Assembly: GCA_963765495.1 (NCBI GenBank)
Contig: CAVXWP010000005.1
Coordinates: forward strand, 128,001 to 192,000
Origin: Blastocatellia bacterium
GTDB taxonomy: Bacteria; Acidobacteriota; Blastocatellia; UBA7656
Direction: 5' to 3'
DNA length: 64,000 bases
The notes under the pieces are model-generated. The model saw only the letters and a program-made list of their open reading frames with translations. It searched no databases and was not told the origin of the DNA. Positions 31,309 to 39,861 of this stretch are shown here, piece after piece (within the stretch, counting starts at the first letter, position 1; every line of letters starts with the position of its first letter). The position numbers and the translations under genes were made by a program.

Positions 31309-32700
31309 ATGAGCGAAAATGAAGAGACCGTAGGGCCACCAATAGATCGCGGCGACGAGACTACAAGCGACACGCGAGGACTCGCGCTGCACACAAAGAT
31401 ACTTCTTGGGCTGCTTGCCGGGGCCGCGCTTGGCGTCGGAGCCAACCTTGCTACCGCAGATCGCCCCGATGCAAATGGCTGGGTGATGTGGTTCGCCAAA
31501 TATGTCACCGACCCCATAGGGCAGGTTTTTTTGCGCATGCTGTTTATGGTGGTCGTCCCTCTCGTCTTTGCCACGCTCTCGCTCGGCGTAGCGCAGCTTG
31601 GCGATCTCAGAAAACTCGGACGGATAGGCTTGAAGGTCTTTGCCTACTTCATGCTCGTCACTGCGATTGCGGTCACGATAGGGCTTGGGCTTGTAAACAC
31701 GATAAAGCCCGGCGTGGGCTTTTCGCCCGACGTGCAGGCGCGTTTGATGGAATCCTACGGCGGGCAGGCGCAGAAGGCACAGGAGCAGGCCTCAAGCGAT
31801 CAGGGGTTTGGCATAAACACCTTTGTCAATATCGTGCCTCGCAATCCGATTGCCGCCGCCGCTTCGACCGATATGCTCGCGGTGATATTTTTTGCGCTGA
31901 TCTTTGGCGTGGCGCTCACCTTGATTCCGCGCGAAAAGGCCGAGCCGGTCACGCGCGTGCTCGACGGTCTGAGCGAAGCGATAATAAAAATAGTCGGCAT
32001 AGCGATGATGATCGCGCCGTTTGCGGTAGCCGCTTTGATTTTCAGCACGACGGCAAGGTTTGGGTGGGGCGTTTTGCAAAGCCTGCTCTGGTACGCGCTC
32101 TGCGTGATAGCGGGTCTGCTCATACATCAGTTTGTAGTCTATTCGATTCTGGTGCGAGTCTTTGCGCGGTTGAACCCTCTGACATTTTTTCGCAAGGTGA
32201 CGCCCGTCATGGTCACGGCGTTTTCGACAAGCTCGTCCAACGCCACGCTTCCGACTACGATAAAGACGGCCGAAGAAGAACTGGGCGTGCCGCCTCAGAT
32301 CGCGGGGTTTGTGTTGCCGCTCGGCGCGACTATGAACATGAACGGCACGGCGCTGTTTGAAGGAGTAACTTGCGTCTTTCTGGCTCAGGTCTTTGGCGTC
32401 CATCTCGGGATAGGCCAGCAACTCGTCGTGATCGTCCTTTCCGTGCTGATGGCTGTCGGGACGGCGGGCGTGCCGGGCGGATCAATCCCGCTGCTTATGA
32501 TCGTACTCAACACCATAGGCGTGCCGCCGGGCGGGATCGCCATCATTCTCGGCATAGACCGCATACTCGATATGAGCCGCACGGTGCCGAATGTAACCGG
32601 CGACATAACGTGCGCCTGTTATATCGCGCGGTCGGAGGCCGTGGCCCCCACGCCGGTCCCGGATGAAGCCTTATCGCCGGCAGTGATGCGTGATGCGTGA
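31309..32700 (+). CDS. Second DAACS symporter
   Basis: AFSTSSSNATLP, GATMNMNGT, DRILDMSRT. Confidence 0.93.
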   Translation: MSENEETVGPPIDRGDETTSDTRGLALHTKILLGLLAGAALGVGANLATADRPDANGWVMWFAKYVTDPIGQVFLRMLFMVVVPLVFATLSLGVAQLGDLRKLGRIGLKVFAYFMLVTAIAVTIGLGLVNTIKPGVGFSPDVQARLMESYGGQAQKAQEQASSDQGFGINTFVNIVPRNPIAAAASTDMLAVIFFALIFGVALTLIPREKAEPVTRVLDGLSEAIIKIVGIAMMIAPFAVAALIFSTTARFGWGVLQSLLWYALCVIAGLLIHQFVVYSILVRVFARLNPLTFFRKVTPVMVTAFSTSSSNATLPTTIKTAEEELGVPPQIAGFVLPLGATMNMNGTALFEGVTCVFLAQVFGVHLGIGQQLVVIVLSVLMAVGTAGVPGGSIPLLMIVLNTIGVPPGGIAIILGIDRILDMSRTVPNVTGDITCACYIARSEAVAPTPVPDEALSPAVMRDA

Positions 32701-32818
32701 TGAGCGATTCGTGATGAGCGATTCGTGATGAGCGATTCGTGACGCGTGACTATTGAGCCTGTCTGTAAAAGAGTATTTGCAAGACAGGTTAATCACGAAT
32801 CACGAATCACGAATCACG
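32683..32818. repeat. Inverted 7/14-nt tandem arrays (CGTGATG/AGCGATT versus AATCACG x4)
   Basis: gtgatgc x2, then gtgatgagcgattc x3, spacer, aatcacg x4; overlaps the DAACS stop and abuts the convergent gene stop. Confidence 0.85.
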
Positions 32819-32824
32819 TACGAC

Positions 32825-33244
32825 TTAGCTTTCCGAGTTCCCTTCGCCCGCGCTCACCGTGCGATGCAGCCCCGATGTGACTCCGCCTATCTCCTCGCCT
32901 CTTTGCGGACCGGGCGGCTCTTCCTTGATGCTTTCGGTCTTTACTGAGGTCGAACTCTGTGAGGTGGAGTACGATTCCCGTTGAGGCATTGCAGATTCCT
33001 GTCCAAAAGGCTGCGTGGTCGGGGTCTCGAGCGCAGGCTGAGACCGCGTGCCTTCAGGTTGCTGTGAATGTGTGGTTTTAGCCTTAGAGGACGGGTGAGC
33101 CGATTCAAGCAACTCGGGCCAGCCGGCCTTTATTGATTTCCGTTTGCCCTTGATGCGAAAGTCTACTCCCGTTTCATCGAAAGAGACTATGTAGGTTTCA
33201 TCGTTGATATCAACTTCCCGGCTTATGGGCCTGGTAAATTTCAT
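32825..33244 (-). CDS. Hypothetical protein (compact N-terminal domain plus low-complexity tail)
   Basis: AAGGAG RBS before MKFTRPISREV; S/T/Q/P/E-rich C-terminus. Confidence 0.65.
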   Translation of the reverse strand: MKFTRPISREVDINDETYIVSFDETGVDFRIKGKRKSIKAGWPELLESAHPSSKAKTTHSQQPEGTRSQPALETPTTQPFGQESAMPQRESYSTSQSSTSVKTESIKEEPPGPQRGEEIGGVTSGLHRTVSAGEGNSES

Positions 33245-33346
33245 GATGCAATTCTCCTTAATGAAAATGCTCGAACGCTCACCAGGTCCATAACTCACTG
33301 ATAAAATTCTATTTGCCCGGGCTAGTGTTTGTCCACCGATTGAATA

Positions 33347-33709
33347 TCACGCAAGCAGACGCTCGATCATGGGCAGGAATTCGTTGAACTCTATCGGTTT
33401 GCGTGCGCAAGCCGACGCGCCTGCCTCGATGGCATTGTTCATAGTCATCGAGCCGTAGGCGGTGATCGCAAGTATGGGCATCGAATCCATCTCTTTTTCG
33501 AGCCTTATTTTGCGAGTGAGTTCTATTCCATTGAGGCGGGGCATATTGATGTCGGTGATTATGAGATCAGGTTTTTTTTCTGACGCAACGGCCAGGGCAC
33601 ACTCTCCATCCGCTACGGTTATTACCTCGTACCCTTCGGTCTTAAGCAATAACGAGAGCACGTAGCGGGTATCAAAATCATCTTCAACTATCAGAATCTT
33701 CTTAGCCAT
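33347..33709 (-). CDS. Single-domain response regulator (CheY-like)
   Basis: ILIVEDD, DINMP, ITAYG, KP. Confidence 0.9.
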   Translation of the reverse strand: MAKKILIVEDDFDTRYVLSLLLKTEGYEVITVADGECALAVASEKKPDLIITDINMPRLNGIELTRKIRLEKEMDSMPILAITAYGSMTMNNAIEAGASACARKPIEFNEFLPMIERLLA

Positions 33710-33969
33710 CCCGTTTGTTCCCCTTGTCAAGATCGGGCATAAAGTTTATCACCCGCGCCTGTAAAAAGAAATAGATACTTATTTTGCCCGAAAAAGGCCC
33801 ATTTTTATCGGGCCAGAAGAGACTTTGCGGATGTATAATCTTGCGGTTCGCTCTTGCTTGAGCAACCAAATTAATTTGAGCCTACTCTAAAGCCCTGCGC
33901 GTTTCGCATTGTCTTTGGGTATGCTCGGGCTCGGGCTTGAGCTTAAATCCATTTACACAGGTGAATAGT

Positions 33970-34608
33970 ATGGTGGATGTCGCACTCGAACCGGTCCGCA
34001 AGCGCTCCTTCAGAAACCTGGAATTTCTTGCCTTCAGCATAATCGCCTTTGTTGGAAAATCAGCTTTGCTCATAAGGATGCCTTACAGGGATGTAGAGGT
34101 AAACGCATTTTACACCGCCGTATTGTTGTTGATGTTTTACGGCTATTTCAGATTCCGGTACAAGATAGCCCCGCCCGTAATCGTGATCTTTTTTCTTGCG
34201 ACGGCCGTCGCCGTAGACGTGCTTGGGAATCATTACCATCTGTACGGCTCGAAATTCGGCCCCGTACAGTATGACGAGTTTTCGCATTTCACGGGGTCCG
34301 GCTGTGCGCTCGTGCCCGCGATGTGGCTGCTTAGGGCCACGACTCGCCGCTTTGGTCATCGTTTGTCGATGGACCTGCTGGCCTTCCTTTCCGTGACCAT
34401 CACGTTCAGTTTCTGCGCCTATTATGAAATTCTAGAACTCTGGGACGAACGATTCTACGGAGACTTTCAGCGTCTCTGGACCCCGCAGGACAGCGCAAAC
34501 GATCTACAATACGATCTGGCGGGAATCATCGTCGCCGCGCTGATATCGGTCGTCGTCTTCAAGATAATTTACCGGCGTGATCAGTACGCAGTAGGCAGTA
34601 GGCAGTAG
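33970..34608 (+). CDS. Membrane protein (DUF2238/YjdF-like)
   Basis: TM segments with YDEFSH, YEILE and D...DL motifs. Confidence 0.6.
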   Translation: MVDVALEPVRKRSFRNLEFLAFSIIAFVGKSALLIRMPYRDVEVNAFYTAVLLLMFYGYFRFRYKIAPPVIVIFFLATAVAVDVLGNHYHLYGSKFGPVQYDEFSHFTGSGCALVPAMWLLRATTRRFGHRLSMDLLAFLSVTITFSFCAYYEILELWDERFYGDFQRLWTPQDSANDLQYDLAGIIVAALISVVVFKIIYRRDQYAVGSRQ

Positions 34609-34613
34609 GCAGT
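34582..34613. repeat. 7-nt tandem repeat CAGTAGG supplying the TAG stop
   Basis: cagtacg-cagtagg-cagtagg-cagtagg-cagt. Confidence 0.75.
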
Positions 34614-34633
34614 TTCGAGTCTCAATAAAGATA

Positions 34634-34687
34634 TTCAGACAGGGTTCACATTTGAAATCCTGTAAATCTTGTGAATCCTGTCTGAAA
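34634..34687. repeat. 9-10-nt AATCCTGT-type inverted repeat
   Basis: ttcagacaggg ... aaatcctgtaaatcttgtgaatcctgtctgaa; same family as 16912. Confidence 0.6.
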
Positions 34688-34697
34688 ATAAATTTCT

Positions 34698-35849
34698 TCA
34701 TCGAAGCTTCTTAAACAGAAATATGTATTCGTGCTTGAAGATGTAGAACCCGCCGACAAGCGCCCGATAGCGCCACAGTTGTTTTTGATCCCTTTTGCCC
34801 TTTGTCTCTTCAAAGTTCTTGACGATTATGCTCTTGAGCGAATACTCCCTTTTCAGAACTTCGCTCATGCATTGAAACCCGAGCGGTATCCATTCGCCCC
34901 GCGCATATTTGTCTCCTATGACAAGCCCGAGGTAGCGGCCTCGCTCAAGCAGAGGCGTGAGGTTATCGACCACCTCGCCAAACACATTCAGGAAATCCGT
35001 TGTGCTATCGGCGCTTGAAAGGTCCCTGTCGTCTTCGGAAAACTCTATGATGTCGTGATAAGGCGGGTGCATTATGAGCAGTTGAACCTGCTTTACACCA
35101 AGCCGGTTGAGCCTTGCCCGCAGGTCTATAGTGCTCGAATCGCCCCGGATGATCTTCGTCTTAACCGCCAGAGGGTTCTCTTCCCGGTTTATTAAAGCGG
35201 TCGCTTTTCGAGCGATCTCCGGGTTTAGCTCTATGCCCAGCCCGTTTCTACCCTGTCTTCTGCATTCGATCAGCGTGGTCCCGCTTCCGGCAAAGCCGTC
35301 CAGCACCCAGTCGCCTCTTTTTGTGTAACGCAGCATCAACTGGCGCGGAATCTGCGGAATGAAATTGCCCCAGTACCAGCCCAGATGCGCCCCCGTGCTG
35401 TCCCTGCGCGGCAGGTTCCAGAGGCTGTCGGTGAGAATGTCTGTATACTCTTTCCACCTGAATAAATTTATATCGTTGATCTTGCCGGTCTTTGTATTGC
35501 CTGCGCCGCGATGTAGTCGCTTGAGATAATACTTAGCCCTTTCGATGGTCTGCGCTTCGAGAACCTGATCCAGTTCGGAGGCTAAAACATCCCTTCTGAG
35601 CGATATCGCGTTGCCGTTTGCGCCCGCGTTAAATAACTCGGCCGCATCATTATCGGGACGTGTGAGGGCAAGCTTTATTTTTGCCGTTTTGTCTCGTATC
35701 CCGCTCAAATCGGTTTCGGTCTGCGCCCGATCAAGCAATGCAAGAAAGTGGTCTCTGTTTAAGACTACACAGGCATAATCATTCGGAGGCGCTTGCAAAT
35801 CTTCGAGAGACTTCTCCCGAGTATCACGATCTGTTTTCATCCGGCTCAC
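34698..35849 (-). CDS. Amino-type (N4/N6) DNA methyltransferase, orphan
   Basis: VLDGFAGSGTT (motif I) followed by MHPPY (motif IV); GNFIPQIP. Confidence 0.8.
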   Translation of the reverse strand: MSRMKTDRDTREKSLEDLQAPPNDYACVVLNRDHFLALLDRAQTETDLSGIRDKTAKIKLALTRPDNDAAELFNAGANGNAISLRRDVLASELDQVLEAQTIERAKYYLKRLHRGAGNTKTGKINDINLFRWKEYTDILTDSLWNLPRRDSTGAHLGWYWGNFIPQIPRQLMLRYTKRGDWVLDGFAGSGTTLIECRRQGRNGLGIELNPEIARKATALINREENPLAVKTKIIRGDSSTIDLRARLNRLGVKQVQLLIMHPPYHDIIEFSEDDRDLSSADSTTDFLNVFGEVVDNLTPLLERGRYLGLVIGDKYARGEWIPLGFQCMSEVLKREYSLKSIIVKNFEETKGKRDQKQLWRYRALVGGFYIFKHEYIFLFKKLR

Positions 35850-36262
35850 TCAGCTCCGCACTTGTCGAAGGCTTCTCTGTAGTTTTCAGGGATCTCCATC
35901 TTTTCCCAGCTATCCATGTTGACGGCGACTTTTGTTTCAGTAGAGCGCACCATCAATTCGATTTCGCCCTGTCTGTAAATCTGAAACTCGAAGATGACCG
36001 ATGACCGCCCCACCCGCGAAATGTGGACTTCGATTTCGAGCATGTCGCCGTACTTCAACGGTTTATAAAACTGCGTCGAGTCAGAGACGGTAGGAAATCC
36101 CAACCGTTCATCATCAATCAGCCGATGGTAAGGCACGCCTATGTATTCGGCAAAAAAATTCTCCTGAGCTATATGCAGGTAATGAAATATCACCGGATAG
36201 TAAACTATGCCCGCTTTATCCACGTCGCCGAAGCGAACAGGTATTGTCGTGCGATAGGCCAT
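35846..36262 (-). CDS. Acyl-CoA thioesterase (4HBT/FcbC family)
   Basis: VRFGDVDKAGIVYY. Confidence 0.88.
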   Translation of the reverse strand: MAYRTTIPVRFGDVDKAGIVYYPVIFHYLHIAQENFFAEYIGVPYHRLIDDERLGFPTVSDSTQFYKPLKYGDMLEIEVHISRVGRSSVIFEFQIYRQGEIELMVRSTETKVAVNMDSWEKMEIPENYREAFDKCGAE

Positions 36263-36276
36263 AAAAGAGAATCGCC

Positions 36277-36756
36277 TTAATCGGTTTCAGGTTTCAATGA
36301 CGCTTCCGCCCTGGCATAAATATCGGGAAAGGTCATCTCCATGTGCCGCTCAGGCGCGCTCAATTTCGAGAAGCCGACTGACTCGTAGAGCGCGTGGGCA
36401 TCCTTCGTGACGAGCGACCACCTTCTGAGGCCCTGCAACTGCGGATGCGCGATAATCACTTTCATCAGCCACCTGCCCAGACCCTGTCTTTGATACGCTT
36501 CCAGCACAAACACATCAGCGATATAGGCATACGTAGCATAATCGGTTACCGCCCGCGCAAATCCTATCTGTCGCTCGCCGCAAAACAGGCCAAATGCAAG
36601 CGAGTGCTCTATAGAACGCTTTACTGTTTCAAGAGGAATCTTCGCGGCCCAGTAAGAGTGTGTCAGGAAGTCGTGAATTAGCTCTACATCCATCCGCGCC
36701 TTATCGGTCGTGATTAGATACTCGCCCTGCCGCCACTCATCAACCATTTTGAGCAC
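36277..36756 (-). CDS. GNAT acetyltransferase
   Basis: SYWA, QIGFARAVTDYA, DVFV, QRQGLG, DAHALY. Confidence 0.88.
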   Translation of the reverse strand: MLKMVDEWRQGEYLITTDKARMDVELIHDFLTHSYWAAKIPLETVKRSIEHSLAFGLFCGERQIGFARAVTDYATYAYIADVFVLEAYQRQGLGRWLMKVIIAHPQLQGLRRWSLVTKDAHALYESVGFSKLSAPERHMEMTFPDIYARAEASLKPETD

Positions 36757-36780
36757 TCCTCATCGAGCAAGCTCACCGCA

Positions 36781-37542
36781 TCAACCGGACTGATTTTCCG
36801 CCTCGAAAATCTCCATCACGGCAGAGACGAGCATATTTGAAAGCGCCTCGTAACTCGCCTCGCCTTCTTCTGTCGAGGCCGATGCGGGGTCGCCGAAATA
36901 GGCCTCGCGCCCGCCCGCTTCATTGAAAGTGTGCGCGCCGTCACGAATCTTTTCGGCAATCGAAATCTTTACGGGTTCGAGCGCCCGGCGCGCGTCTTCG
37001 CGCACAAGCTCTGGCCGGGCGGCCAGGACAAGCGATGTCTCATAAGACCCGGCGTGGCAATCGCCCCGTCGAAACTCTTCCGTCAAGGTCATGGCCCACT
37101 TGCGCCGCCGCTTGTCGGGAAACGCTACCCGGCGTCCGGTCTCGCCTTCGACCTGCGTTATGGCGTCGTTGATTGACGCTATGTGTTCGGGCTCAAGATG
37201 CGAATTGGCTATGACTACAAGACGCGCGCCCTGACCATAAAGCGAAAGGCAAATGTCGCGTATGAGAGCGGTGGCCGTCTCTTTTCTTATCGAGATTGTG
37301 CCGGGAAAATCCGCGCTGAAATCCGTCACGCTGTAAGCGAGCGGAGGCAGAACAAACGCTTCTATGCCGTTTTGAGCAAGCCGGGCGGCAGCGCGCCGGG
37401 ACATCTCTTCCGAGATGATCACATCGGTCGCAAGCGGCAGATGTGGTCCGTGCGCTTCCGTAGACCCTACGGGCAGAATCACTACGCTACCGGCCACGCG
37501 GTCTCGCGCATCTTTCCAGGTCAGGTTTTGAAATTTTGTCAT
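36781..37542 (-). CDS. Creatininase-family amidohydrolase
   Basis: PVGSTEAHGPHLPLATD, NSH, DCHAGSYETS. Confidence 0.88.
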   Translation of the reverse strand: MTKFQNLTWKDARDRVAGSVVILPVGSTEAHGPHLPLATDVIISEEMSRRAAARLAQNGIEAFVLPPLAYSVTDFSADFPGTISIRKETATALIRDICLSLYGQGARLVVIANSHLEPEHIASINDAITQVEGETGRRVAFPDKRRRKWAMTLTEEFRRGDCHAGSYETSLVLAARPELVREDARRALEPVKISIAEKIRDGAHTFNEAGGREAYFGDPASASTEEGEASYEALSNMLVSAVMEIFEAENQSG

Positions 37543-37553
37543 CTGTCCTCTGG

Positions 37554-37667
37554 CAGCGATCAGTGGTCGGTGGTCAGTGGTCAGTTTATTGCCAACGTCG
37601 AGTATTGATTTAAAGGTAACTTTTCGAATTCAATCATACCTTTCCGACCACTGATCACTGATCACTG
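37554..37667. repeat. Inverted 7-nt arrays (CAGTGGT versus ACTGATC/CCGACCA)
   Basis: cagcgat-cagtggt-cggtggt-cagtggt-cagt ... ccgacca-ctgatca-ctgatca-ctg; contains the ligase stop codon. Confidence 0.78.
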
Positions 37668-39281
37668 CTTCAAAGATTTTCTATCAATCTTGCCGCGATC
37701 ATTTTTTGGCAATGAATCCCGGAATTCTATCCAGCGCGGATACTTGTAAGGCGCAAGGTTCCCCTTTACGAAATCTTTCAACTCGCGCTCAAGATCGTCG
37801 TCGATAGCGATGCCTTCCGCCGCTACGATGAATGCCTTTGGCTTGACGAGCCCCTGATCGTCGGCGGCTCCGATGATCGCGCATTCGAGCACCGCAGGGT
37901 GTTCGAGCAGGCAATTTTCGATCTCGGTCGGAGAGACATATATGCCGCTCACTTTCAGCATCTCGTCCGTGCGCCCGCAATACCAGTAATAGCCGCGCTC
38001 GTCTACGCGAAACTGATCGCCGGTCGTGCACCAGTCGCCCGCAAATGTCTCTTTCGATTTTTCGTGAGCCTTCCAGTAACAGAGCGCCGCCGAATCGCCC
38101 TTGATCCTGAGCGTGCCCATTTCGCCTACGGCCACTTCGCCCCCTTCGGCGTCAACGATCTTTGCCTCATAGCCCGGCACAAGGCGGCCGAGGCTGCCCG
38201 GCACGACATCGCCCGGATAGTTGGAAATGTATATGTGAAACATCTCGGCCGATCCTATGCCGTCGAGTATCTCTACACCGAATGTCTCCATCCAGCGATT
38301 GTAAAGCTCCGGCGGCAACGCCTCGCCCGCCGATAAACAAAACCGCAGCGAAGACAGATCATATCTCTCTTGCGCTCCCTCGATCTGAAGCATGGAGTTG
38401 ATCATAGTCGGCACGCTGGTCAGTATCGTAGGCCGGTAACGTTCGATCATTTCGAACATGGTTTCCGCCGTAGAGCGTTCGGGAAACAGCGCCGTCGCCC
38501 CTCCGACCGCAAACGGAAACATCATGTTGGTTCCCGTGGCGTAACCGAAAAACAGCTTTGGAACCGATAGCGTTATGTCGCTTTCATTGATGCCGAGCAC
38601 CTGCTTTGCATAGCACTCGGTGTTATAAGGCAGATCGTGATGCAGATGGACCGCGGCCTTCGGATGGCCGGTCGAACCGGATGTGAAAAGCCATATAGCG
38701 ATGTCGTCGCGCGAGGTGGGCGCGGTTTCGAGCCGGTCGCCTGCCTCAGCGGTCAGTCTTTCGTAAGAAGCGATTGAAGATATTTCTTCGAGCCCCATAA
38801 GCGAGCCCGATACCTGTGTCCCGACAACGACCGTATGCTTGAGGAAGGGCGAGCGCGCCGCTGCCGGAGCAAACCTGTTCATCACCGCCGCATCAACGAC
38901 GGCTACTTTCGCCCGCGTGTATTCCAGATAATATTCATAATCCGCCGTAGGCAAAATCGTGTTCACAATCCTGTCGGAGCTACTCTCATCCATTCGGTAG
39001 CCACCGTGAATCATCGTGATTACAGCCCCGATCTTTGCGACGGCAAACCATGTGGCTACAAACTCAATTGAATCGGCCACTGCAATCAATACGCGGTCTT
39101 CCATTTCCACGCCGAGTTTGAGGAGAGCATTGCCTACCCGATTAGCCCTCTTCTGCACGTCTTCATATGTATATTTCTCATCCTTATAATAAACCGCCAC
39201 TCTGTCGCCACGCCCCTCATTGATACGATCATCGAGAAAGTACGTGGCCATGTTGAAATTCTCCGGGAAAGTAATCGCCAT
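37662..39281 (-). CDS. Benzoate-CoA ligase family protein
   Basis: WLFTSGSTGHPK, KLFFGYATG, SAGEALP, DGIGSAEMFHI, PYKYPRWIEF. Confidence 0.9.
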   Translation of the reverse strand: MAITFPENFNMATYFLDDRINEGRGDRVAVYYKDEKYTYEDVQKRANRVGNALLKLGVEMEDRVLIAVADSIEFVATWFAVAKIGAVITMIHGGYRMDESSSDRIVNTILPTADYEYYLEYTRAKVAVVDAAVMNRFAPAAARSPFLKHTVVVGTQVSGSLMGLEEISSIASYERLTAEAGDRLETAPTSRDDIAIWLFTSGSTGHPKAAVHLHHDLPYNTECYAKQVLGINESDITLSVPKLFFGYATGTNMMFPFAVGGATALFPERSTAETMFEMIERYRPTILTSVPTMINSMLQIEGAQERYDLSSLRFCLSAGEALPPELYNRWMETFGVEILDGIGSAEMFHIYISNYPGDVVPGSLGRLVPGYEAKIVDAEGGEVAVGEMGTLRIKGDSAALCYWKAHEKSKETFAGDWCTTGDQFRVDERGYYWYCGRTDEMLKVSGIYVSPTEIENCLLEHPAVLECAIIGAADDQGLVKPKAFIVAAEGIAIDDDLERELKDFVKGNLAPYKYPRWIEFRDSLPKNDRGKIDRKSLKQ

Positions 39282-39685
39282 TGCTTCTTACTCCTAAATG
39301 ATTCTTTTCATCGCGTTGAGTATATAATGAAGCCTTCGGGATATTATTTCCATCTCAATTGGCCATACCGACCCCTTGCGAGTTTGCATTGCCAAACCCG
39401 CACTCCCATCCCAGTTCGATCAACTCGACACTTCCCGTAACTTAAGCCGGTCAGCATCTTTGCTCTCAAAGCGCAGGCGCGAAGCTATATCTGAGATATC
39501 AACCTCTCGGATATAACGCGGATTCAAGTACGAAGTGCAACGACCTATCGTTAACTGATCCAGATGGTTATGAGTTAGTTGTTTTTGAAAGCCCTGCAAT
39601 TCCAATGGTTGAGGGCTTTCAAAAACAACTAACCGGCTATATTGCCGTAGATACCCCCGTTGCACTTCGCTGTTGAATTCACCTT

Positions 39686-39860
39686 TTATTTGGTTATCAC
39701 GGACAATGGCGCAATGCACTCCTGGGGGGTAACTCCGCCGTGATAGCCACACTTCTTCGCACCATATCGAATGGTCTCTGACCAGGGTGCGATCATACGA
39801 CCTTCGGAAGGTAATAGCACACGTGAGCCCGCAAGTACTAATTCATCGCCCTGGGAGAGC
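39686..39860 (-). pseudogene. Fragment resembling the end of a BREX-2-type PglZ domain
   Basis: ELVLAGSRVLLPSEGRMIAPWSETIRYGAKKCGYHGGVTPQECIAPL; no credible start; abuts an unrelated plus-strand fragment. Confidence 0.6.
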
Positions 39861-39861
39861 T

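Noticed and set aside
32683-32818. Tandem repeats as a possible CRISPR array
   Set aside because: Units are 7-14 nt with no unique spacers, and there are no cas genes in the window.
36781-37542. Mycofactocin or other RiPP locus suggested by the creatininase (MftE-like) gene
   Set aside because: No radical SAM, RRE or precursor gene nearby; the context is aromatic-CoA metabolism.
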